The notes below the pieces were generated by a model, which was not told the origin of the DNA, ran no database searches, and saw nothing but the letters and a program-made list of their open reading frames with translations. Shown piece after piece: positions 48,296-58,059 of a stretch of 64,000 nt of DNA. A program made the position numbers and the translations under genes. The first letter of the stretch is position 1. The number at the start of each line of letters is the position of its first letter. Origin of the DNA: Kofleriaceae bacterium. Its GTDB lineage: Bacteria > Myxococcota_A > Polyangia > Haliangiales > Haliangiaceae. The stretch lies in assembly GCA_965215005.1 (NCBI GenBank), contig CBDCCZ010000003.1, forward strand, positions 224,001 to 288,000, written 5' to 3'.

Positions 48296-49840
48296 ATGAC
48301 GGCTTTGCCGGTCCTGGGAATCGACCTTGGCACCACCAACTCGGTGGTCGCAGCCGTCATCGACGGGCGCGTGCAGGTACTTCCCGATGCCAGCGGCAAC
48401 TACTTGCACCCCTCCGCCGTTGCCTTCGTGCCCAGCGGCGAAGTGCTCATCGGCGAGCCGGCGCGGGCGCGACGCATCATCGATCCCGCCAACACCGTCA
48501 TCTCTTCTAAGCGCATCATCGGCCGCGCGTTTCATTCGCCAGCAAGCCGAGCCGCTATCGCCCAGCTGCCTTACGAGGTCGCACCGGGGCCCAACGAAGA
48601 GCCGCTCATCCTTACTCGCGCCGGCGCCGTGGCGGTCACCGATATCGCCACCATGATGCTGACGCATTGTCGCAATCTGGCCCAGGCCTACCTCGAGCGT
48701 TCGATCGAAGCGTGCGTGGTGACGGTTCCCGCCAACTTTTCCGACGCTCAGCGGCAAGCAACCCGCGCAGCGGCCAGTCGCGCCGGCATGGAAGTGCTGC
48801 GGGTTCTCAACGAGCCCACGGCGGCTGCGCTCGCCTATGGCGCCACGCGAAGCGGCGGCCATGAGCGCATCGCGGTATTCGACCTCGGCGGTGGCACCTT
48901 CGATCTCACCGTGCTCGCGGTGCGCGATGACCTTTACGAGGTTCTGGCCACCGGCGGCGAGTCCTACCTCGGCGGCGATGATTTCGATCAGGCGCTGGCG
49001 GAGCTGCTAGCGATGCAGGCACTGCGCGAGCTGCGCGTGGATCTGCGGGCGGACCCGCTGGCGTGGCCGCGGTTGGTCGCTGATGCCGAGCGCATCAAGC
49101 TCGAGTTAACCCGCGCAGAGCTCGCTTCCGGGGTGCTCGAAGAGATCGGCTATGGGCCCGGTGGCAAGCCGCTAGCGCTTCACTACCGAATCACACGGGC
49201 GGAGCTCGAAGCCGCGATCGCGCCGCACATTTCGCGCGCGATCGACTGCGCCGCTGCAGTGCTGGCCGAGGCAGCGATCGCTCCGAGCGCGATTGACACC
49301 ATCATCTTGGTGGGCGGCTCAACGCTGATTCCGGCGGTGTATCAGCACGTGGGCCAGTTATTTGGCCGGCGACCGCAGCTCGTGGTCAACCCGATGCAAG
49401 TTGTCGCCGCCGGCGCCGCGCTGCACGCGCAGGCGCTCTACGACCCCGATCCCACGCGTGCTCGCGGTTTGCTCATGGACGTCACGTCCCATGCGCTGGG
49501 CATCGCCACCACCGGGGGCTTTGCCGAGGCGCTCATCGCCAAGAACACGCCCATTCCCGCGGAAGGCGTGCGCGCGTTCACTACCGCGCACGATGGCCAG
49601 GATCAGGTGCGAATCCGCATCTGCCAGGGCGAAAGCCGCATCTTCGAGGAGAACACGCTGCTTGGAGAGCTCCGGCTGTCGAAGCTGCGCCCAGCGCGGC
49701 GCGGCGAGGTCACCATCGACGTGAGCTTCTTGGTCGATGCCAACGGCATCTTGCAAGTCGCCGCGCGCGACGCAATCACCGGACAAACCGCGGCGGCGAC
49801 CCTCGAGGTCCTGGGCGTCACGACGGCCGAGGAGCTATGA
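48296..49840 (+). CDS. Hsp70 family protein (DnaK paralogue lacking the alpha-helical lid)
   Basis: GIDLGTTNS, TVPANF, NEPTAAALAYG, FDLGGGTFD, LGGDDFD, LVGGST, linker LLMDVT, SBD-beta; ends at TTAEEL. Confidence 0.93.
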   Translation: MTALPVLGIDLGTTNSVVAAVIDGRVQVLPDASGNYLHPSAVAFVPSGEVLIGEPARARRIIDPANTVISSKRIIGRAFHSPASRAAIAQLPYEVAPGPNEEPLILTRAGAVAVTDIATMMLTHCRNLAQAYLERSIEACVVTVPANFSDAQRQATRAAASRAGMEVLRVLNEPTAAALAYGATRSGGHERIAVFDLGGGTFDLTVLAVRDDLYEVLATGGESYLGGDDFDQALAELLAMQALRELRVDLRADPLAWPRLVADAERIKLELTRAELASGVLEEIGYGPGGKPLALHYRITRAELEAAIAPHISRAIDCAAAVLAEAAIAPSAIDTIILVGGSTLIPAVYQHVGQLFGRRPQLVVNPMQVVAAGAALHAQALYDPDPTRARGLLMDVTSHALGIATTGGFAEALIAKNTPIPAEGVRAFTTAHDGQDQVRIRICQGESRIFEENTLLGELRLSKLRPARRGEVTIDVSFLVDANGILQVAARDAITGQTAAATLEVLGVTTAEEL

Positions 49841-51096
49841 CCAGCGTCGCCCGTGAAAGCCTCGAGCACGCCATCGCGATGGCCGCCAATCTCGATGCCC
49901 ACAGTTACTATGAGCTCCTCGGGGTACCGAGCAACGCCAGCGCTGATGCCATTCGCGATGCGTACTACGAGCTGGCGCGCTGGATTCACCCCGACCGTCA
50001 CGCTCGCGCCACCACGGATGAGCGTTGGGCCTTCACGCGCCTCTACGCGCGCATTGGTGAGGCGTATCGCGTGTTGTCGCTGCCGGAGCAACGGCAAGCG
50101 TATGACCGCGGTTTAGCCAGCGGCAAGCTGCGCTTCGATCGCGAATCGGAGCTCGCCACCAGGCCTGCCACCGACCCGCGCACGGATCAGGGACGGGATC
50201 TGTACGGACGCGCGCTTGCGCTGCGCGAACAGGGCGATCGCCGCGCCGCGCGCGCGCTCCTCGATCTCGCGCGCCAGCTCGAGCCGACCTCGCGGGCGAT
50301 TCTCGAGTTGCTCGCGCAAGTGCAACCGGGAACCACCAAGCCGCCCAGCTTCGAGGCTGCCAGTGCGCCGCGCCGCCCCTCGAGCACCGCTTCGCCGCCG
50401 ATGACGGGCTCCTCGAGCCCTCCGCCGATGGCGCGCCGACCATCGGGCACCACCGCCCCGCCGATGGCGCCGCGCCCGGCTAGCGCGGCTCCCTCATCGC
50501 CGGCATCGAGCGCTGCGGAGCGACCGCGCCGCAAGACGCAAACGCTGCCGCCTCCTGCCGTCACTGTGCGCTGCACCAGCCTGCAGCAGGCATCGGCGCT
50601 GCTGGCGCGGCTTCGCTCCGGCGCGGTCTTCGTCAAGAGCGCCACCCCCGCGGCGCTGTCGAGTAGCGTCACGCTGCGCATCATCCTGTTCGACGAGCGC
50701 GAGCTGACTATCGAAACCACGGTCAAGGCCACCAGCTCCGGCGAGCGCGTCGGCATGGAGCTCGAGCTTCGCGACGAGCTCCAACCGGGTGTGGTCGAGC
50801 TCGAAACCCTACTGCAACCGAGCGATCGTGCAAGCGACCTCGAGCGGCTCCTCGATGCCGCCGATCGCGCCCTTGCCGAGAGTCGCTACAGCGATGCTCG
50901 GCGGTTTCTCACCAAGGCCATCGAGCTCGAGCCCCAGCACCGTCTCTGCCGCGCCCGCTACTATCTCGCCTTGGCCCACGAAGCGCTGGCCGCAGGGGAT
51001 CCTCGCGAAGCGCGCGTCCACCTGCAGACGACCCTGATCTTCGAGCCAGAAAACCAGCCCGCGCGCATACGGCTACAGTCGCTGCAGGAAGCATAG
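49837..51096 (+). CDS. J-domain co-chaperone with TPR, Pro/Ser linker, PilZ-like domain and second TPR region
   Basis: YYELLGV...IRDAYYELARWIHPDR (HPD); GAVFVKSATP...VGMELE; KAIELEP and LIFEPEN TPR ends; ATGA overlap with the Hsp70 stop. Confidence 0.85.
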   Translation: MTSVARESLEHAIAMAANLDAHSYYELLGVPSNASADAIRDAYYELARWIHPDRHARATTDERWAFTRLYARIGEAYRVLSLPEQRQAYDRGLASGKLRFDRESELATRPATDPRTDQGRDLYGRALALREQGDRRAARALLDLARQLEPTSRAILELLAQVQPGTTKPPSFEAASAPRRPSSTASPPMTGSSSPPPMARRPSGTTAPPMAPRPASAAPSSPASSAAERPRRKTQTLPPPAVTVRCTSLQQASALLARLRSGAVFVKSATPAALSSSVTLRIILFDERELTIETTVKATSSGERVGMELELRDELQPGVVELETLLQPSDRASDLERLLDAADRALAESRYSDARRFLTKAIELEPQHRLCRARYYLALAHEALAAGDPREARVHLQTTLIFEPENQPARIRLQSLQEA

Positions 51097-51118
51097 CGCG
51101 CGCCCGGCCACTGCCATG

Positions 51119-54100
51119 CTACATGTTGCGGCGGTACTGCCCGCCCACCTCGTAAAGAGCGGCGGATATCTGGCCGAGCGTACAACTCTTCACCGTCTCC
51201 ATTAGAGTCGTAAAGATGTTGCCGTGCGTGAGCGCGGTCTCGCGCAGCGCCGCCAACGCCGCCGGAGCGCGTTCGGCATTGCGCCGCTGAAACGCCTCAA
51301 TGGAGGCGATGGCGTACTCTTTCTCCTCTTTGGTGGCACGAATGACCTCGCCCGGCAGAATGGTCGGAGAGCCTTTGGCATCGAGAAACGTGTTGACCCC
51401 CACGACCGGCAGTTTCCCCGAGTGCTTGAGCGACTCGTAGTGCAACGACTCTTCTTGGATCTTGGTGCGCTGATACATGCGCTCCATCGCGCCGAGCACG
51501 CCCCCGCGCTCCGAGATGCGGCGAAACTCGGAAAGCACCGCTTCTTCGACCAGGTCGGTCATCTCCTCGATGATGAACGAGCCCTGGAGTGGGTTCTCGT
51601 TCTTACTCTGGCCGAGCTCCTTGTTGATGATCAATTGGATCGCCAACGCCCGCCGCACGCTTTCCTCGGTGGGGGTCGTGATCGCTTCATCGTAGGCGTT
51701 GGTGTGTAGAGAGTTGCAGTTGTCGTAAAGTGCGTAAAGAGCTTGCAGAGTGGTTCGGATATCGTTGAAGGCAATCTCCTGCGCGTGGAGCGAACGACCC
51801 GAAGTCTGAATATGATACTTGAGTTTCTGCGACCGCGCGTTTCCTCCATACTTGCGCGCCATCGCCTTGGCCCATATGCGCCGCGCTACCCGGCCAATCA
51901 CTGAATACTCGGGATCCAATCCATTGGAGAAGAAGAAAGACAGATTGGGCGCGAATGCATCAATATGCATTCCGCGCGCGAGATAATACTCGACGTAGGT
52001 AAATCCATTGGCCAGCGTAAAGGCGAGCTGACTGATTGGATTGGCGCCCGCTTCTGCAATGTGATAGCCGGAGATGGAGACGGAGTAGAAATTTCTCACC
52101 TCGTTCTCCGTGAAGTACTGCTGAATGTCGCCCATCATGCGTAGTGCGAACTCGGTCGAGAAGATGCATGTATTCTGGGCTTGATCCTCTTTGAGGATGT
52201 CTGCTTGCACCGTGCCGCGCACCGACGACATGACCTCTGCCTTGATCTTCTGATAGACCTCCGCCGGAAGAACCTGATCGCCGCTCACGCCGAGGAGCAT
52301 CAAGCCAAGGCCGTCGTTGCCCGCGGGAATCTGCCCCTGGTAGCGCGGGCGCGGCAACTCGAGCTGACGGTAAATCGTCTCGATTCGCGCCTCAACCTCG
52401 TTTTCTAGCCCCTGGGCGCGGATGTACTTCTCGCAGCCCTGATCGATGGCCGCATCCATGAAGAACGCCAGCACCATCGGCGCCGGACCATTGATGGTCA
52501 TAGACACGCTCGTCGACGGATGAGCGAGGTCGAAGCCCGAGTAGAGCTTCTTGGCATCATCGACCGTTGCGACGCTAACGCCAGAGTTGCCGACCTTGCC
52601 GTAGATGTCCGGCCGATAATCGGGATCCTCACCATACAGCGTGACGGAGTCGAAGGCGGTCGAGAGACGTTTGGCAGCCAACCCGCTCGACACGTAGTGA
52701 AACCGCTTGTTCGTGCGTTCAGGGCCACCCTCTCCCGCGAACATCCGCGCCGGGTCCTCGCCTTGGCGCTTGAGCGGAAACACGCCCGCAGCGTACGGAA
52801 ACGCCCCTGGAACGTTTTCCGTGAGCAGCCAGTGGAGAATGTCACCCCAGTCTTGATACTTGGGCAACGCGATCTTGGGAATGCGCAGGTGGGAGAGCGA
52901 CTCGCTAAACAGCTCTTGCTCAATGACCTTGTCGCGCACCTGAAATCGATACTTGTCCGCTCGATAGCGCTCGACGACCGCCGGCCAGGTTTCCAGAAGC
53001 TGCTTACAGCCGGCGTCAAGACGGCGCTCGAGCTCCTGATACAGCGTCTCGAGCTCGCCGAGATACGCCGGAGCACTCTCAGTGGTTTGCACCGCGTGAA
53101 CCAGCGCGGCATCGCTATCGACGAGCTCGACCTTGGGCTTGCCCACGCGTGCCCGGAGCAGCTCGATGGTGCCCCGCAGTCGGTACAGCTCGCGGGCGGT
53201 GCGACACTGCGCATCGACCCAGTCGCGATAGCGGTCGCTGGTTTCCACGATCTCCGCCAGGTAGCGGACGCGCTCGGGAGGAATGATGTAGCGCTTCTCG
53301 CTCCTGGCTCCGCTCGGCTCGAACGTCGAGTGCAGCGGAGCACCGGTGGTTTCAGCCACTTTGTCGATGAGCCGCCGATAGAGGACATTGGTTCCCGGAT
53401 CACTAAACTGCGAAGCAATGGTGCCGTACACCGGCAGCTCGTCGTCTTCAGCGTGCCAGAGTCCGCGATTGCGCTTGTATTGCTTCTTGACGTCGCGCAG
53501 CGCATCGAGCGAGCCGCGCTTATCGAACTTGTTGATGGCAATCAAGTCGGCAAAATCGAGCATGTCGATCTTTTCGAGCTGGGTGGCGGCGCCATACTCA
53601 GACGTCATCACATACAATGAGACATCCGAGTGCTCGACGATTTCGGTATCCGACTGGCCGATTCCGGACGTCTCTACAATGATCAGATCGAATCCAGCCG
53701 CTTTGCAGATGTCGATTGACTCTTGTACGTAACGACTGAGCGCTAAGTTGGACTGCCTCGTCGCCAGCGAGCGCATGTAAACCCGCGGCGAGGCGATCGC
53801 GTTCATGCGAATGCGGTCCCCCAACAAGGCGCCGCCGGTGCGTCGCTTCGACGGATCGACGGAAATTACCGCAATCGTCTTATCTGTGAAATCGAGCAAG
53901 AAACGCCGGACCAGCTCATCGACCAGCGAAGACTTACCAGCGCCGCCGGTGCCCGTGATACCGAGAATCGGCACCGCGCGCTCCGCAATCCGCTGCCGCA
54001 GCGGCGCCCGCACCGTCTCGAATGCCTCGGGATGATTCTCGGCCAGCGTGATGAGCCGCGCGATCGCCTGCGGATTGTCCACCCGCAGCGCCTCCACGAG

Positions 54101-54565
54101 CGGCTCCGCCGGTGGCTCGGTAGCGGGGAAGTCGCACTGCTTCAGGAGGTCATCGATCATCCCCTGAAGTCCCAACGCGCGACCGTCATCCGGCGAGTAG
54201 ATGCGCGCGACGCCGGCGGCGTGAAGCTCGTCGATCTCGCTCGGCAAGATGGTGCCACCGCCCCCGCCGAAGACGCGAATGTTGGCGCCGCGCTCGGCGA
54301 GCAGCTCGACCATGTACTTGAAGTATTCGACGTGACCTCCTTGATAGGAAGTGATCGCGATGCCTTGCGCGTCCTCTTGGATGGCACAATCGACAATCTC
54401 GGCGACCGAGCGATTGTGGCCCAAGTGAATCACCTCGGCCCCGGATGCTTGGAGGATCCGCCGCATGATGTTGATCGCCGCGTCGTGACCATCGAAAAGC
54501 GACGCGGCGGTGACGATGCGAACGTGGTGCTCAGGACGATACGGGTCGGTTTTCGTTGCTTGCAT
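51119..54565 (-). CDS. icmF: Fused isobutyryl-CoA mutase / MeaI GTPase
   Basis: B12-binding [30 protein letters not shown], mutase barrel [31 protein letters not shown]. Confidence 0.96.
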   Translation of the reverse strand: MQATKTDPYRPEHHVRIVTAASLFDGHDAAINIMRRILQASGAEVIHLGHNRSVAEIVDCAIQEDAQGIAITSYQGGHVEYFKYMVELLAERGANIRVFGGGGGTILPSEIDELHAAGVARIYSPDDGRALGLQGMIDDLLKQCDFPATEPPAEPLVEALRVDNPQAIARLITLAENHPEAFETVRAPLRQRIAERAVPILGITGTGGAGKSSLVDELVRRFLLDFTDKTIAVISVDPSKRRTGGALLGDRIRMNAIASPRVYMRSLATRQSNLALSRYVQESIDICKAAGFDLIIVETSGIGQSDTEIVEHSDVSLYVMTSEYGAATQLEKIDMLDFADLIAINKFDKRGSLDALRDVKKQYKRNRGLWHAEDDELPVYGTIASQFSDPGTNVLYRRLIDKVAETTGAPLHSTFEPSGARSEKRYIIPPERVRYLAEIVETSDRYRDWVDAQCRTARELYRLRGTIELLRARVGKPKVELVDSDAALVHAVQTTESAPAYLGELETLYQELERRLDAGCKQLLETWPAVVERYRADKYRFQVRDKVIEQELFSESLSHLRIPKIALPKYQDWGDILHWLLTENVPGAFPYAAGVFPLKRQGEDPARMFAGEGGPERTNKRFHYVSSGLAAKRLSTAFDSVTLYGEDPDYRPDIYGKVGNSGVSVATVDDAKKLYSGFDLAHPSTSVSMTINGPAPMVLAFFMDAAIDQGCEKYIRAQGLENEVEARIETIYRQLELPRPRYQGQIPAGNDGLGLMLLGVSGDQVLPAEVYQKIKAEVMSSVRGTVQADILKEDQAQNTCIFSTEFALRMMGDIQQYFTENEVRNFYSVSISGYHIAEAGANPISQLAFTLANGFTYVEYYLARGMHIDAFAPNLSFFFSNGLDPEYSVIGRVARRIWAKAMARKYGGNARSQKLKYHIQTSGRSLHAQEIAFNDIRTTLQALYALYDNCNSLHTNAYDEAITTPTEESVRRALAIQLIINKELGQSKNENPLQGSFIIEEMTDLVEEAVLSEFRRISERGGVLGAMERMYQRTKIQEESLHYESLKHSGKLPVVGVNTFLDAKGSPTILPGEVIRATKEEKEYAIASIEAFQRRNAERAPAALAALRETALTHGNIFTTLMETVKSCTLGQISAALYEVGGQYRRNM

Positions 54566-54793
54566 CGCGGGACCTCCGCCGCATGCATAGCGCATGCTCA
54601 CCAAGCGCCACAAGGGCAGCTCGCCCGCGCGGGCTCACACCAATCGGGGGGTGCGGGCCCCGCGGCCTGCATCGCACGAGCGAAGGCGATGCCGCACGTG
54701 CCACGCGATCTCCGAGGTTTGCGGAGCCCGCCCACCGGCGACTCCCGCTGGATCGACCGTTGCAAACGCCACAGTCGAAGGCGCTTGGTTCCG

Positions 54794-55912
54794 TTGAAGT
54801 ACCCGCAAACCATTGGTGACTATCAAGTCGTTGGCTTCCTGGCGAGTGGTCGCGACTGCGATATCTTGCTCGCGCGCACCAGCGAGCTGCGCCGTTTCCG
54901 CCATACCGTCGCGATCAAGTGGCTGCGCGATCCCTGCGCCGTCGATGGCCCGCGGGCCCGGCTCTTCGTCGAAGAAGCGCTCTTGGCCAGCCGCTTTCAT
55001 CATCCTCACGTTGCCGCCGTGCACGACATTGGCGAGGACGGCGGCCGTTTGTTCATCGCCATGGACTACATCCGCGGCTGGAGCTTGCGCGCGATTGCCA
55101 TGGCCACCCGCCGCTCACCGCGCGCGCTGCCGCTGAGCGTAGCGATGACCATCCTCTATCAGGCGGCCGCAGGGCTGCATCACGTGCACGAAACCGGCGC
55201 CGCCGACGGCCGCGCGATCGTTCACGGCGAGGTCTCGCCAACCAACCTGCTGGTGTCCGACCAGGGCTTTGCCGCCGTGCTCGACTTTGGCGCGGCGGCC
55301 ACGTGGCTCCGCGGCAAGCGCCCCACCGTCTCGCCCGGCGCCGCGGGCTATCTATCTCCCGAGCACGTCCGCGGCGAGCCAATCGATCATCGCGCCGACA
55401 TCTACGCCCTCGGCGTTCTGCTCTACGAGCTCACGTGCGGCACCCAGCTCGCCGGCCGTCACCTGCTCGAGAGTGACGTCCGCCGCGCGATTGTCCGACC
55501 TTCCAAGCTTCGCGATGGCTATCCGCGCATCCTCGAAGACGTTCTCCTCACGTGTCTCGACCGCCGCGCCGACCACCGCTACCAAACCGCGGAAGAGCTG
55601 CAAATCCATCTCGAGCTGGTCGCGAGCCGCATGGGGGTTGGATTATCGCCTATTCGATTGGCTCGCGCCCTGCGCCATCTCTTCCGCCATGAAGGACAAC
55701 TCGAGCACGCCAGTCGGCGCGCTCCTAGCGTTGCCTCTCCTCTTGCCGACAGCGGCAAGACCAGTGTCATGATCGACCGCACCGAAGTAGGTCCCCCGCC
55801 AGCACCGCGGCGACGTCGCTCGACCTCTCCGCCCGCCAATGGCCTCGTTCCGCGTTACAAGCTGTTCGAGAACGGCTTTGGTTGGGGCCGGGCATCGTCC
55901 GAAGGCGATTGA
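54794..55912 (+). CDS. Ser/Thr kinase-like protein, probable pseudokinase
   Basis: VAIKW, DFG, YLSPE and DIYALG present, but the catalytic loop is HGEVSPTN and the Gly loop is LASGRDC. Start uncertain (54689 or 54794). Confidence 0.85.
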   Translation: MKYPQTIGDYQVVGFLASGRDCDILLARTSELRRFRHTVAIKWLRDPCAVDGPRARLFVEEALLASRFHHPHVAAVHDIGEDGGRLFIAMDYIRGWSLRAIAMATRRSPRALPLSVAMTILYQAAAGLHHVHETGAADGRAIVHGEVSPTNLLVSDQGFAAVLDFGAAATWLRGKRPTVSPGAAGYLSPEHVRGEPIDHRADIYALGVLLYELTCGTQLAGRHLLESDVRRAIVRPSKLRDGYPRILEDVLLTCLDRRADHRYQTAEELQIHLELVASRMGVGLSPIRLARALRHLFRHEGQLEHASRRAPSVASPLADSGKTSVMIDRTEVGPPPAPRRRRSTSPPANGLVPRYKLFENGFGWGRASSEGD

Positions 55913-55937
55913 GGAGCCGCCCTACCGCAGCCGTGGA

Positions 55938-57845
55938 TCACGCAGCGTCTTTGCTGGCGGTGGCGTCGTCGTGGGTGGGATCGAGCCGCTCTTTGGCGAC
56001 GGCCGGCCGCAAGTGAGCAGCTTCGAGGCTGGCACGGGCCACATCAGCGCTGGCGACCGCGATGGCGACGACGAGCCGATCGCCTTTCTGGAGACGGGTG
56101 TCATCGTGAACAGGGCCAACTTCATCTTCGCTGATGAGTAGCAGCGGCAGGATGCCTTCGGCGTCCTCTTCCCCGGAGAAAATTGCCGGCTCGGCCACCG
56201 ATTCCGAGGCGACCCAAGTCTCCAGCAAAACGTCGCCGTTTTCTTGCGCCTCGCTCCACCAGCCCAGCGCCCGCTCCTCATGAAAAAGGATCTTGGCGCC
56301 GCCTTCTCGAGCTGCTTCTTGCGAGAGACCGCCGCTGCGACTATCGAGCGCGATCGCCACATCAACGCCGTGGAACAGCTCTTTCACCCGCCGCGCGAAC
56401 GCATAGTTGATGCTGTCGTTGGCGGTGAGGCCAATGCACCACGCGCTGCGATCGGCGCCGGCGGAACGCAGCGTCACCTCTTCTAAGCCGTTGCCGCAGC
56501 GGGCTTCGATGCCCAGGCCACGCGCATTGACGCAGGCATCGGCATTCGAGTCGACAAGCACGGCAGGATGGCCGGCCTTGCGGAACAGCTGAGCCAAGAG
56601 CACTCCGAGCGGATTGGCGCCGAGGATGAGCGCGCCGCGCCGAGGCCGACTGACCCCGAGCAGCCGGGCGACCACACCGCTCGTGAGGCCTTGAAGCGTC
56701 ACCGTGCACGCGATGACCAGAAACACCAGCGCCTTGAGCTGCTCGCCGCCCTCGATACCGACGCGGCCGAGCTCGATAGCGAACAGGGATGCCACCGCGG
56801 CGGCCACGATCCCGCGCGGCGCTAGCCACGAAAGAAATAGCTTCTCCCGCAGCGACAGCCCGGTGCCCCAGGTGCAGATCGCGACGCAAATCGGTCGCAC
56901 GACGAAAGCCAGGGTGACGACCGTTGCGACGCCCGGCCAACCCAGCTGCTCGACATCGGCCAAGCGGACGTCGGCAGCCAAGAGCACGAATAGAGTCGCA
57001 ACTAGGAGCACCGTGAGTTGCTCTTTGAACGTGACGATTTCCCGCAGCGCATGGCTCCGCGAATTTCCCACCACCATGCCCGCAGCAATTGCCGCCGCGA
57101 TGCCGCTTTCATGGACAATCGCGTCGCTGAGCTCGAACGCCAATACCGCCACCGCGAGCGCGAGCACGTTGTGCAGCCCCGGTGGCACCAGGCGCGGTTT
57201 GCGCAGCAGCGCGGCGAGAGCAAGCCCCATCACGCCGCCCACCGCCATGCCGGTCGCTGGGCCAAGCACGATGGACGCGAGCCCAAGCCCCACCTCGCTG
57301 CGGGTCTGAGCAATCGTAACCTCCAGCGCCACGACAGCGATCGTGGCTCCGACCGCATCGATGAAGATGCCCTCCGCTTCGAGAATGGTGGCGACTCGCT
57401 CGTCGAGCCGAATCCGCCGGATGAGCGGCGTTACGACAGTGGGGCCGGTGACGATGACCAACGTGCCGAACAGCACCGCCAGACGCCAGCCCCAGGGCAT
57501 CCACAGCACCGCCGCCAACGCGCCGCCGATCGCGGTGACCACCGCTCCCACGGTGACCAGACGGCGAATCGGGCTCGCCTGCTCGCGCAACACCGACAGC
57601 TTTAGATTGAGGCCACCTTCAAAGAGAATGACTGCCACCGCGACGCCGACGATGCCCGACATGCCACTGCCGAGCGTCTCCGGGCGAATTAGATTGGCGA
57701 AGTCGGGGCCGAGCAGCACCCCAACGGCGAGGAGGAGCACGATGCCAGGTATCGCCATGTGGCGCGCGAGCCCTTGCGCAATGACGCCAACCGCCATTGC
57801 CGTGGCGAACACCAGCGTAGGGCTGTCGAAAAGTCCATGAAGCAC
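55938..57845 (-). CDS. CPA1 (NhaP-type) cation:proton antiporter with C-terminal TrkA-N/RCK domain
   Basis: ILFEGGL, VTGPTVV, LEAEGIFID, APRGIVAAAV; ILGANPLG...LVDSN. Confidence 0.92.
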   Translation of the reverse strand: MLHGLFDSPTLVFATAMAVGVIAQGLARHMAIPGIVLLLAVGVLLGPDFANLIRPETLGSGMSGIVGVAVAVILFEGGLNLKLSVLREQASPIRRLVTVGAVVTAIGGALAAVLWMPWGWRLAVLFGTLVIVTGPTVVTPLIRRIRLDERVATILEAEGIFIDAVGATIAVVALEVTIAQTRSEVGLGLASIVLGPATGMAVGGVMGLALAALLRKPRLVPPGLHNVLALAVAVLAFELSDAIVHESGIAAAIAAGMVVGNSRSHALREIVTFKEQLTVLLVATLFVLLAADVRLADVEQLGWPGVATVVTLAFVVRPICVAICTWGTGLSLREKLFLSWLAPRGIVAAAVASLFAIELGRVGIEGGEQLKALVFLVIACTVTLQGLTSGVVARLLGVSRPRRGALILGANPLGVLLAQLFRKAGHPAVLVDSNADACVNARGLGIEARCGNGLEEVTLRSAGADRSAWCIGLTANDSINYAFARRVKELFHGVDVAIALDSRSGGLSQEAAREGGAKILFHEERALGWWSEAQENGDVLLETWVASESVAEPAIFSGEEDAEGILPLLLISEDEVGPVHDDTRLQKGDRLVVAIAVASADVARASLEAAHLRPAVAKERLDPTHDDATASKDAA

Positions 57846-58059
57846 CGGCAGAGCATGACGCGAGCCGCTTCCGCATGCAGCAGGAAAGCCGCTCAATCGA
57901 CCAGCGCTCGTGGCCGAGCCGAGCGCGCCCCTCGCAAAGAAGCCGTGGATGGGGGAGACGCCATTAGGCAGGCTCGGGCAGCGTCGTCGGCCACCCTCGC
58001 CTCGCATCCGCGCCGCCGGCAACCGCGGTGGGCTCAGCGGCGGCGTGCCCAGCTGGCGA

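Noticed and set aside
54032..54793. N-terminal extensions of long ORFs (54032 kinase, 58274 antiporter, 37392 MBL, 48194 Hsp70)
   Set aside because: They overlap or crowd neighbouring genes and lack motifs; starts were moved downstream.
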